Positions 1-11,215 of a stretch of DNA of 64,000 bases are shown here, in pieces. Source of the DNA: Octopus sinensis (Eukaryota); NCBI RefSeq assembly GCF_006345805.1, contig NC_043004.1:744001-808000 (forward strand). Direction: 5' to 3'. Every line of letters starts with the position of its first letter. The stretch's first letter is position 1. The notes below the pieces were generated by a model. That model was not told where the DNA came from, searched no databases, and saw only the letters and a list, made by a program, of their open reading frames with translations. A program made the translations under genes and the position numbers.

Positions 1-102
1 CCCAATAATATATTTGTTTTATCCTTTTCTGCCAAATTTTCCCAAATATTCTCATCACACTATTGAACTTCTCTGTTACCAAACACTATATTTATACATG
101 TA

Positions 103-240
103 ATGTGACAATTATGTATAAAAAAACATTTTTGAATTCATAATATCCAATGGACAATTATGTAAAAACTTTTTTGAATGCATAATATTCAATGTGACAA
201 TTATGTAAAAAACTTTTTTTGAACCCATATTATTCAATGT
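103..240. repeat. Minisatellite, about 45-bp unit x3
   Basis: Three imperfect copies of tgtgacaattatgtaaaaaactttttttgaa...catattattcaa. Confidence 0.75.
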
Positions 241-370
241 TTCCTTAAATGTAACTTTTGACAATCTTTTACCAAAGAGTGAAACCGGTTAAGTAAATAA
301 ACATCGTTTAAATTGCATTTTCAAACCTTTTTTCTTATATAATCCCACTCGTGCGATACCCCACAACTCA

Positions 371-413
<43 letters not shown>

Positions 414-416
<3 letters not shown>

Positions 417-697
417 GAGCGGAGTAAATGATTTGACCGCAAAATACCGAAAGCACAAGTTGCCCTGGGTTAGACATATCGCAAGGTTCATAGACAACAG
501 GTGGACCCGCACAGGTGCCGAAGAGTGTTCAAAAGATTGAAAAAAGGCTCCTTGGAAGACCTCCACAACGACGGGAAGACATTTTAGTTAAGTAATTTGG
601 GTCAAGCTGGGAAAGAATGGTGCAATCAAGACAAGATTGGAAGAGAATTGTGATCAGTGGTGTATAACAACATCTGATGGTCTGTTCGGTACTGTGC
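414..697 (+). mobile_element. RTE-clade LINE 3' fragment (same family as 27885-29470)
   Basis: Degenerate translation KYRKHKLPWVRHIARFIDNRW matches the RTE C-terminal (RWAGHVAR..DNRW) region. DNA aligns with 29215-29460. Confidence 0.85.
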
Positions 698-1720
698 ATC
701 AAGTATTAGGTTGATGCTTCTTGTTCCTGGACTGCAAATGTGCACCTTTCGAAGTGATAGACGCCTTTGATTAACAGCGTTTCTGTCATCCCGGAGCTTT
801 CTGCTTGCATATCCATACATGGTCTTCTGCCGATACGCATTCATCTTTTCATATGTTGCGTTAGAATCGAGCAACTTCTTTGGGAATGCATTGAAGGTTA
901 TCAGACAGGGAATGTTTCTCGAGGTGCTGCTTTCCATGTCCCATGATGTTATCTGCTTTGTGTATGCAAACTTGGTCAAAGGATGCACTTCGATACTTGG
1001 TGGGTAGAAGATGTTGTCGAAAGGATATCATGTGACAACCAAAAGCTGCTTTTGGTTGTCACATCACATCCCTTAAACCGCTGCTTTCTTATTTTCGTTT
1101 TAGGTAGAGGTGGTCTATTTCAATATTGATGTGAAAATTACTTGTGCTGGTCAATATCTTCTGGGTCTTCACACCAATGGTTCGAATCTCATCAAGCATT
1201 CAGTCAAGCAGCTCAAATGTTGGTGTAAGTACTGGTACTGCAAGCACATTTTGGGCCACTGTTTTATTGAATGCAGAGAGTTCCGAGGTTCATCTTTTTC
1301 GTATCCAGTTGTTATATTCTTTTGTGATGTTTCCTGTTAGAGGTACCATCGCAAGATATGTTTTCATGCCCTTATGCGCCAGTAACACTCCTCATCAAAT
1401 AGAGTAGAAACAGTTAAGCCGATGGTGGAGATGCTGCTAGTCTGGTTTGTAGTTTTCATAACTATAAAGCAACATTTATTCAATCCTGTATATTTTGAGA
1501 ATCTTGTAAGCTGGTTAAGAATTTTTTCATCTCATACCTACTCCTGATATACAGTTTCAAGTCATCCACATAAGAACAGAGTTTAATTTTTGCTATTTCT
1601 GTCTCCTTGTGAGCCAATGAGATACTCAACATAAATGACAAGGGGTTTACTAGCATTCCACAGAGGTTGGACCCCTTGGAATATATCTCTACGATAGTGT
1701 GTTTTATCAGTGACAATATT
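698..1720 (-). mobile_element. Decayed R4/Dong-clade (REL-endonuclease) non-LTR retrotransposon, RT to thumb region
   Basis: Minus-strand frames give SYVDDLKLY (YMDDLKLY motif), GLNKC, and ELSAFNKTVAQNVLAVPVLTPTF...HINIEIDHLYLKRK*ESSGL (cf. ELNxxNKxxAINTxAVPVLxYSF...DVDRLYLPRxEGGRGL). Stops and frameshifts present. Confidence 0.85.
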
Positions 1721-1799
1721 ATTTCTTGTATTTAACTTTGACGGTGACTCAAGATAAAGTCAGATCAGTTATACGTTGATTATAGTATGTATGTATATA

Positions 1800-2190
1800 T
1801 AAGTGGTCTTCCTATGATGCTGACATGCAGTCTCTGTGCAAGACCCTGCCTCAATAAAGCTGGACACATGAGTCATCTTCGTAGTCATAAAGCGAGGCAG
1901 ATGAGTGACAACCTGGCCACTGGTGGTGGTGTAACACACCATACTAATCATATCTGTCGTGTATGTGGAAGAGACTGTAATTCGGCAAGAGGACTTAAAC
2001 GACATGCAAAGGTACATGAAGCCCAGTTACAACTACAGCCGGCTATTACCAGTAAAGGTTTTTGTTGCCAATTCTGTACAAAGCATTGTAGATCTTTAGC
2101 TGGGCTAAAAAGTCACATTCGATCTCAGCACCAATAACAGTTAAGCTTCGTGCAATGGCCAAACTCGATAACAAGGGGGCAGCCAAACTG
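1800..2190 (+). mobile_element. RTE-type LINE 3' end encoding three C2H2 zinc fingers plus 3' UTR
   Basis: ORF 1787-2137: CSLCARPCLNKAGHMSHLRSH / CRVCGRDCNSARGLKRHAKVH / CQFCTKHCRSLAGLKSHIRSQH, with no TGEKP linkers. The 3' UTR 2145-2183 is shared (37/39) with the element at 4181-4731. Confidence 0.7.
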
Positions 2191-2499
2191 TATATATATG
2201 TACGCATATATTGTTGGCATACCTCCCATCATGTTTGCTGAAACAGTTTGGCCCAATTAACGTCGACCCGGAGTAAAACAACGACCATTACCACTATCAT
2301 CACAACAACAACAACAACGACGACGACGACGAAACCGATGCCAACAACAACAGCAATAATGACAACAACAGACTGCATGGAGACATGCCAGAGAAACACG
2401 TAAACCTTCTCCATTGACACTTGACGTAATTATTTCAGCGTCAGCATGCTTTGAGACAGAGCTGGCTGTAAAGAGAGACGGAAGGTTGACAGACACACT

Positions 2500-2785
2500 T
2501 GCTTATACATATACATACATACATACATACATACATACATACATACATACATTCATTCTTACATACATACATACATGCATACATACATACATACATACAT
2601 ACATACATTCATACATACATACATATAGGTATATATATATATATATATATACGCATACAGATATATATACACTTACATAATTATACATACATAAATACAC
2701 ATATACATACGCACACATACATAAATACATACATACATACATAAATACGCACACACATACATACATACATACATACATACATACA

Positions 2786-2817
<32 letters not shown>

Positions 2818-2860
2818 CACACATATGTGCATATGTACATGTAGACATACACATATACAT

Positions 2861-2906
<46 letters not shown>

Positions 2907-2995
2907 ACACACACACTGATACAGACATACACCCATACACACAAACATATACACGCACACATACACAGACACACACACACACACATAAACACGTT
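2500..2995. repeat. Compound microsatellite (CATA)n/(TA)n/(CA)n
   Basis: Direct inspection. It explains the HTYI/MYVC pseudo-ORFs. Confidence 0.95.
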
Positions 2996-3159
2996 CACAT
3001 ATTCACATTCCCATATACACACTCATACACAGGCACATACACGCACATGCGCACATGCTCTCCCTCCCTCCTTGCCTATCTCCCCCTCTCTCTTTGTGTC
3101 TCTCACTCTTTCCGCTACTCTCTCTCTCCTAGTATCCCCTTCTCTTTCTGTGTTTACAC

Positions 3160-3198
<39 letters not shown>

Positions 3199-3547
3199 GG
3201 ACACATGGACACACTTGCATGTCCACCGATTTGTTTTCTGTTACACCTCAGTCTTCATCTGTTACCTGTGACTCGCCAGTCTTTCAAACATGGCGACAAA
3301 CGCGCTACTGATTTCACGATATATTATATCAGCGACATTATTCGACTCCACCCAGGATATCACTATATTCAATCTACTTCGTCCCGCCATGACCATCGCC
3401 ATCACCTCTTCTTGATTCTTTCCTGACAAGCTGGACAGCATTCTTTCATGATTTGGCAGACACACCAAGTCTGTTTGCGTGTGCGTGTGTCTGTGTTTAT
3501 GAGTGTTTGTGTGTGTGTGTATGTACTTACATATATACATATATGCA

Positions 3548-3597
<50 letters not shown>

Positions 3598-3780
3598 CGT
3601 ATGTGCATGTATGTGTGTGTGCTTATACATAAAGATCTATTTATATATCTATCTGTGTTGTGTGTGTGTGTGTATGTATATATACATATATATGTGTGTG
3701 TGTATATATTTATATACATATACATACATAATACATACATACACACGCACACATATTCATACATATGCATATATATATAT

Positions 3781-3814
<34 letters not shown>

Positions 3815-3818
3815 GTAT

Positions 3819-3956
3819 GTTCAGTCCCACTGCGTGGCACCTTGGGCAAGTGTCTTCTACTATAACCTCCAGCCGACCGAAGCTTTGTGAGTGGATTTGG
3901 TAGACGGAAACTGGAAGGAGCCCATCGTATATATATATATGTGTGTGTGTTTGTGT

Positions 3957-3994
<38 letters not shown>

Positions 3995-4113
3995 TGTTTG
4001 TCCCCCCCCTACCATCGCTTGGCTACCGATGTTGGTGTGTTTGTGACCCCGTAATTTAGCGGTTCGGCAAGGAAACCGACTGAATAAGTACTAGGTTCGC
4101 AAAGAATAAGCCC
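3819..4113 (+). mobile_element. SINE family A (tRNA-like head, GGCACCTTGGGCAAGTG core, internal TA/TG repeat), truncated at both ends
   Basis: Aligns with fuller copies at 31774-32224 and 62025-62385. Confidence 0.9.
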
Positions 4114-4180
4114 TGTATGTATGTATGTATGTATGTATGTATGTATGTATGTATGTATGCGTGTATGTATGTATGTATGT

Positions 4181-4731
4181 CAGGTCACTTTCGAGTGCTA
4201 TTGGTAACATGTAATCCAGTACAACCTGTTGCATGGTCGGGTCGTCGTCGACTAAACCGGCAACCCCACCAAGCTTGCTTGGTGAGGAGGGTGTTTATTG
4301 GACACCCTGCGGGATGAAAAACAAAACCTGTCAAAGGGCGGAGGAACTCTTGAGAGTCAACGGCCATCCAATAAATGTCTTAAGGAAGTATCATGCGCGG
4401 GGACATAGAAATAATCGGACTGAATACCCGATCGCGCGGTTAAACCATTGGGAGTGAAGGACTCCTAGCCTTTGTTAGGGCATCCTTCTAGGAGAAGGTA
4501 ACTCAGGTAACTGGGATAACTCCGACATAAAACCTGCGGCTCAGTAGTTACCGATGATGTTGACTTGTTCTTCTTTTCGGATTATGACTGCTGTTGCTTA
4601 GTGAGTGGGATTGACTCAGTGCACAGCCTTTCCTGACTTTAAAAAAACTCTTCTTGCATAGGCATTGCACGATAACAACATTGATTACGCTTCGTGCAAT
4701 GGCCATACTCGATAACGAGGGGGCAGCTACC
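4181..4731 (+). mobile_element. Non-autonomous RTE-derived retroposon (RTE-like 5' UTR fused to LINE 3' tail) inside (ATGT)n
   Basis: Contains the RTE-5'UTR-like ggcatccttctaggagaaggtaactc and several hairpins. The last 39 nt match the LINE tail at 2145-2183. (ATGT)n lies on both flanks. Confidence 0.75.
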
Positions 4732-5167
4732 ATGTATGTATGTATGTATGTATGTATGTATGTATGTATGAATAAAATGTTAAAAGTAGTGTACAGTTAT
4801 TGAATTTCGAAAATACCAGAATTTTGGAAAAAGAATTGTTTTATTTAGTCATTCGTTCGCTTCTGTTTTTATTCTTTGGGTCTCTATTTCAACAGACAAA
4901 ACATGTCGCTCATCTGCCTGCCACAGTCACTCTCAGGGCCGTCCCATTTGGCAAGGGGATGAAGACAGGGATCTCTCCTAGGTACTCTGGCTTTATACAA
5001 AGAAGGACCTCCGGTTTGATTCCAAACCAGTTCTTCTGGGTCCAAAGCAACTGGAATAGGCCGTAGAGAAAAAATACAAGTATTAAAGTTTTGAGTAAGA
5101 AGCCTTTCGGACTATCTTCACAGATCTACATAAGATTTCTTTGATTCTGGTTTGTCTGTTGGTGGCT

Positions 5168-5305
5168 GAAGGCACGTGGATTAGTCGTTAGGGTACTGGG
5201 CTCACAATCATAAAATAGCGGGTTCGACTTCTAGGCCGAGTGACGTCTAGTTTTCTTGAGACATAGCACTTCAGTTCACCTTCCACTCTACTCAGCTGCA
5301 AATGA
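5168..5305 (+). mobile_element. SINE family C (tRNA head + CORE-like), degenerate
   Basis: A-box-like ggattagtcgttaggg, B-box-like ggttcgact, core ttgag...cacttca...ctcagctg. Confidence 0.7.
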
Positions 5306-5623
5306 TTATACGCTAATTACTGGCGTAGTTAATTAATTACTGGTTTAGCTTCCTATTGTTTCAGCTGTTACGTTCTGGATGTTCGACTGGGTCAACAGGG
5401 TGGGTTGGGTAGCCCCGAGAGAGAGGGGGGGGGGCTATGTGTGTACGTGTGTGTGTGTGTGTATGCGTGTGTGTGTGTGTGTGTATGTGTGCGTGTGTGT
5501 GTATGTGTGTGTGTATCTGTTAGCGGTTATTGTTGTTGTTGCTGTTTCTGTTGTGGTTGTTGTTGCTGCTGTAGTTGTTGCTTTCGCTGCTGTTGTTGTT
5601 GTTGTTGTTGTGTGTGTATGTGT

Positions 5624-5662
<39 letters not shown>

Positions 5663-5877
5663 CTGTTGGCGGTTACACAGGCACCTAAAACTATTGACGA
5701 AAGCACGGTACATTTTACCAGCTGCTATTAGCTTGCGAATGGCGGCTCCGTTGATATTGCTAGAAATAGGAACTTAAGAGTCTAATGTTAGGCAACATCA
5801 ACAAAGCTCGTGATATATTATGGCTCGAAGTAGATCTTTCATCTATTTGAACACTGAACTTCATAATGATGTCAGTC

Positions 5878-5908
<31 letters not shown>

Positions 5909-6234
5909 CGGCTGTTGTCATGGTGACGGTCATATTGTTATTGCTTGACTTCATGCTAGCCGTGACCGAGAAAAGATCTATGGTTAAATACGTACCTTCC
6001 ATAACAATCTATTCATCTATCCATCGATCGATCGAACGATCCATCGATCTATTCATCCATCCATTCATCCATCCATCCATCCATCCACTCCACCATATTT
6101 TCAGAAATGGCGCATCTTGAGCCATACAATCAAATGATTTTTTTTTAAAAGACAACGGCATATAATTTAAGAGTGACTTGGTTGTTATTTCTAGCCGGTC
6201 GCACGACCATGCCGAGAAGAAATCGTGGCCCTAG

Positions 6235-6236
<2 letters not shown>

Positions 6237-6288
<52 letters not shown>

Positions 6289-6505
6289 GATGACGACGAC
6301 GATGATGATGATGATGATGATGACGATGATGATGATGACGATGACGATGATGATGATGATGACGATGATGATGATGATGATGATGACGATTACGATGATG
6401 ATGACGATGATGATGACGACGACGACGATAACAATGTGAAAGTGATGATGATAGTGGATGATGATGATGATGATGATAATGATGGTAATGATGATGATGA
6501 TGATG
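6237..6505. repeat. (GAT/GAC)n trinucleotide microsatellite
   Basis: Direct inspection. Confidence 0.95.
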
Positions 6506-7044
6506 ATAAAGACATAAATCATTTGCCGACAAAGCTACACAAGCAAATAAGAGCTGACAGGTATACGCGATGCAAAAGGATGATAAACCGCTCTGCGGCA
6601 CAAAGTTGCCGTTTTGTTTTGGGACACACTGAAAGGAGCGGAAGGAGATTCAGTACATCAGGATGAAGAAAGCAAACAGGAAGGAAAATATCTCAAGAGA
6701 CATATTGGCAAATAAATAAACAAACAAACATACAAACAAACAAACAAACAAATAAATAAATAAATAAATAAATAAATAGATCAATAATGGGAAGCACAAA
6801 AGGAAGACGAACGCAAGGAAAAGAAATTTAAGGAAAAAAACAACAACAAAGCTAAACTAATTTTAGATTAGAGAAGGAAGAGACGTAAGCGGGCGCGCGC
6901 GCAAACATAAATACTATACCTACCTATATATACGCACGCGCACATACATTCACACATGCGTTATTGCATGTATAAACGTACACGCATACATATATATGTA
7001 TGAGCATTTATAATACATATATGTGTATGCGTGTGTGTATGTGC

Positions 7045-7083
<39 letters not shown>

Positions 7084-7173
7084 TATTTAATAATATGCCC
7101 ACTCTACTGACAGGTATACGAGTATATATTCTCCTGATTTACGGACTCTAATACGACTTATACACACACACAC

Positions 7174-7217
<44 letters not shown>

Positions 7218-7582
7218 GTGTATCTACATCTATATATCTGTGTGTGCATATATATATATTATTAGCTACATATACATAATGTATATTCTTTGTGTCTTTT
7301 CCGGTGGCTGCAATAGCGCGGGGGTATATATACTCTCAAACCGCTGGGTGTAAAACACCTTAAGGTCATGGACAGGCGGGATAACTCACCTTCAATCCCG
7401 TTTAGGAGTGATGGACAACGGGTGTTTCGCTATTTTTGTGGCTTGTCAACATCTCGTACCCGCCTGGGTTGAATGGAAATCACCCAGCCACTCCACGATC
7501 TATATACTCATGGCTTGTAAAATCATGGGTTGTTACGCCCTGATATTTCATATGTAAATTTTGGGAGCCGGACACAGTCGCC

Positions 7583-7617
<35 letters not shown>

Positions 7618-7713
7618 CACACACACACACACATACACACATGTTTTTTATGATTTTTTAAACAGAATCGAAAGATTTTGACAGAAGATAAAGTCTCAAA
7701 ACATGGTATAGAC

Positions 7714-7870
7714 CAGTGGTTCTCAATTTGCGAAGTCTTGGCGGCCCCAAAGGTAGTACTTGGGGTTTGTGAACATGTTAAACTGACAGACCTTTCAATA
7801 TTTGGGAGTCCGTGGGAAAACTCATTTAGATAAAAGGGGTCCTTGACAGTGAAACGGTTGGGAACCACTG
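7714..7870. mobile_element. hAT (Charlie-like) MITE, 157 bp
   Basis: TIRs cagtggttctcaa / ttgggaaccactg. Perfect 8-bp TSD gtatagac at 7706-7713 and 7871-7878. Confidence 0.92.
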
Positions 7871-8067
7871 GTATAGACTATTAATATATTTAATTCGGCA
7901 GTTGCTTGATGCTGCTATTTGAAGTTTCTCACAAATTCTCAATCTATGAACAAGATTGTTGATCTGTCTGGAACAAACAAATAAATAAGATAAATAAATA
8001 AATAAAAATGAATAAATAAATAAGACGTTCTAATCCAAGATAGCGCCAAATGCTCATGGTTGAATTG

Positions 8068-8392
8068 GTTAATATATGTCATGAGTGGTACTCAGTCGGC
8101 TACGATGACGAAAGTTCTATTTGATCCGATTAACGGAACAGCCTGAGCTCTCCACAGACCTTCATAACCTTAACGTGGTTCTCACGAAGATTTAACGTGA
8201 CACTGAATGTTATATGGCTGACCCTTTTGAATTACAAGTACCACTCATGTTTGCCTGGTGAGTGAGCTGGGTTATCGTAAAATTAAATGCTTTGTTTAAG
8301 GACACAACGCCCCGCTGGGTATCAAACTTACGATCTTACGATCTTGAGCCGAATGCCCCAACCGCTAAGCCTGACATCTTCATCATTAGTCA
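8068..8392 (-). mobile_element. SINE family C variant (CORE-like, long tail)
   Basis: Aligns with 24603-24915. The tRNA-like head is at the right end. Confidence 0.75.
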
Positions 8393-8874
8393 CATGAATC
8401 ACGCACTAGGGCAGCTTTTCACAGCTGAAAATGTTTACAGAGAAATATGCAACAGAATACAATATTCTTAAGCGGACAGTTTGTACTCCACTTCGCAGAC
8501 AAAATCATGGTCGTGCTTTACATTTTAGTTTAAATTTTACATTTCGAATTTGTCGGTAACCCTTGTGGTATTTGATAAAATAAGGCACCAGTAAGGTACT
8601 GGGTTAATACAACAAACTATGGAACCGCTGCTGCACTTATGGTGGCAGTCGAATCACTGGAACTAGTATAAGAATAATGAAATAATGTCGATGAATCTTT
8701 CGAGTATCATTCGGTAATATGATGCTCTAATTTCTTTCTTAAATTCTCTTTCAGTTGCTGACAGTGGGATAAACGCAAACAAAACGAACAAACGAAGCAA
8801 TTCAATGGCATTCACGTCTCTTATAATCCGACAACGGTTGTCATGCTGGAATTATTAAGACAGTAAGTTTTACC

Positions 8875-9431
8875 ATGGAGGATACAGACTCTTTTTCAGA
8901 AAGCGAAAGTTGCAAAAGCGGGAGTTGCAAAAGCGAAAGCTGCAAAAGCGGAACGACATCTATCGACGATGAGGTTCCAAGCTGCTGCAAAAAGAAACTT
9001 CCCTCAACCCTTTATTACGAATGGGTATCAAGTGACGACGGTATGTTTCATCATATTTACCATTATCCTTAGCTTTTATTTTATTCTCAATGCTGCTTCA
9101 CATGTAATTACTGGTTGCAACAGACCAGTGCCATCGATCCGAATGGTTCCTGGATTATGAATTTGGATATCGATGCACTTGGTACGTTTTGTTTTTGATC
9201 GGGACAAAGCACTTACAATATTCACCCGTATATAAGTTGCATTCGTGTATAAGTCGTACCCCTTATTTTGTGTTAAATTTTCGTACAAATTTTTATTTGT
9301 ATTCAAATTCAAACTTTGTCCCGTTTTTAAGTCTCATCCTAGTTTTTTTCACAGAAAATCAAATACAAAATAATGCTACTTATATACGAGTAACTACCAT
9401 AGATTTTTATCCAGCTTTTCATACCTATTAA
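8875..9431 (+). CDS. Candidate small spliced gene of unknown function (putative exons ...-9040, 9124-9181, 9355-9431)
   Basis: Non-repetitive island with donors g|gtatgt (9041) and g|gtacgt (9182), acceptors caacag (9123) and tttttttcacag (9354), introns of 83 and 173 nt, and Kozak-like accATGG at 8875. The frames stay open across the junctions. No recognisable domain. Confidence 0.35.
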
Positions 9432-9819
9432 ATAATTCTTTATTTCGGAATCTATTCAAGAATTCATTGACGAGAAGAAGACATTAAGTACTAACAATCA
9501 TTCTGAATTTGTTTTTGTTTTTCTTTTTGTGGTTTATGCTATTCTATCAACAAATGATTCCAGTAATTCTTGAATGACTATATAGCATATATTTATGTGA
9601 CCACTCATCTTATTGCAGAGGGAACCGCACGCATTTAATGTATCTTCAGACACATTATCCAGTGTGTCATTCTCTTTTTAACACAGCAGTGAGGGAGATT
9701 TTTCTATATTTTCATTCTATTTCATTTGGTTGTCATTGCATCCCGTCTCATTCGGCTACTTTCACCAGCTCTGCGTACCTTAGGACTAATTTTCAACGGT
9801 GTCTTTTATATGAAAATTA

Positions 9820-9885
9820 AGTGTGATTTGAGGAAGATTTGGTTGTTATTTCTATAAGAGCGAAATACCGTTTAGAGGCAGCATC
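9820..9885 (+). repeat. Short dispersed unclassified repeat (gatttggctgctatttctagc motif)
   Basis: Related copies near 6170-6210, 15850-15880 (minus), 23750-23820, 43810-43880, 50530-50570 and 59705-59770. Confidence 0.6.
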
Positions 9886-10614
9886 TTTGAACAGAGATCA
9901 GATTAACAATGTTGTAGTAATAGGAGAAACAGACAGCAGCCGATAAATGTAGAGAGTATATGTGAAAGGAGTTAGAATATAATGAATCTAATTATGGATT
10001 TTAGTTTGGGTAACGGTTTATTTGTTAAGAATAGGTTTGCGAAAAAATAAAAAAAATAACAACAATAATAAAAATGCAATACGTAAAACCTAAAGACGAT
10101 ATATGTATGTATTTATGTATGTATATGTGTGTGTGTATTATTGTATGTATGTATGTGTAAGAAGTTCCAGCGTAATTCGCCGATAGCAGAATGCTTCATG
10201 CCTATGCAAGAAATCAATATATTACCATTAGACTGTGCTATTCTATTAGATGAATGACGTCAGCAATATCTATCGTTACGTATTTGTAGAAGCCCAAATA
10301 TTCACGAAGGAATCTGTAAAGAATAATAATAAAATAATAAAATAATACTCCATCTCCATGACTGTTGGTAACTAACGAAATTATACCATTAGCACAGCAG
10401 GCAAGATGGTCATCGCACACAAAATATTTCATTAAAATCAATCCCATACTGGTTTTATGGGCTTCTTATATTTATCTCCGCCGGTCTACGTTAAGTTACG
10501 TGGACAACAGACAAAGAAAACATCATGAGAGAATTACGCCAGATTATCAACAGAAGTAAACTTGTATACTTTAGACGGCATATCTGGGCGAGAGAAATAC
10601 AGTAGCAGTACCGG

Positions 10615-11060
10615 ATAGTAATATTTATATGCCAACATAACGTGGCAGTCCTGTAAAGGACGATGTTACTGTTGTTTTAGCACCAGGAAAACATCTTTTC
10701 TAGCTGGCTAACGACACAGAGTCTGTGTCTGTATATAACATTTGCAAGGGAGGTCATCGCTCCCATCTCTAGCCTTACGTGATATTCAAAGTCCTAGGTT
10801 TCTGGATTTTATCCGTCCTCAGTGTGAGACAATAACCAGCTAGTGACGAAAGCTATCTCCCTGGTGATTGTCTCACACTGAGGACGGATAACATCCAGAA
10901 ACCTAGGTCTGGGAGTACTACGTGCGGCTAGAGATGCTACATACGGATACAGATGGTGTGCCGTTAGACAGATGGAAAACATGTTTCTGTGGGACTAAAA
11001 CAACAGTAACACCGTCCTTTAAAAGACTGCCACGTTATGTTGGTATATAAACATTACTAT
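10615..11060. mobile_element. About 446-bp palindromic (fold-back) non-autonomous element carrying HHR motifs
   Basis: Arms of about 220 bp (10615-10839 / 10861-11060), most similar near the centre and the ends, with a 21-nt loop. Confidence 0.85.
10872..10915 (+). ncRNA. Minimal type I hammerhead ribozyme motif, near-intact
   Basis: ctcaca-CTGAGGA-c ggat aac atcc a-GAAA-C[CTAG]G-TC/tgggag. Stem I 5/6 bp; stem II 4 bp with a C.A closing mismatch. Confidence 0.65.
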
Positions 11061-11095
11061 ATATATATACATACATACATATATATATATGTACA

Positions 11096-11126
<31 letters not shown>

Positions 11127-11127
11127 G

Positions 11128-11215
<88 letters not shown>
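11055..11215. repeat. (TA)n-dominated microsatellite
   Basis: Direct inspection. A second block at 11540-11760 has an (ATATATACGT)n higher-order unit. Confidence 0.95.

Noticed and set aside
1787-2137. Host C2H2 zinc-finger gene
   Set aside because: No TGEKP linkers; the tail is shared with a retroposon; the finger pattern is that of RTE-type LINE C-termini.
3280-3450. YY1-like caaacatggcg motif and CpG patch as a promoter
   Set aside because: A single short motif with no supporting TSS, exon or second element.
4880-5070. Possible exon or ORF 4800-5066
   Set aside because: Weak donor, no recognisable protein features in any frame.
10380-10610. Protein-like frames (…IPYWFYGLLIFISAG…, …RELRQIINRSKL…)
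   Set aside because: Interrupted by stops, with no convincing splice-site pair.
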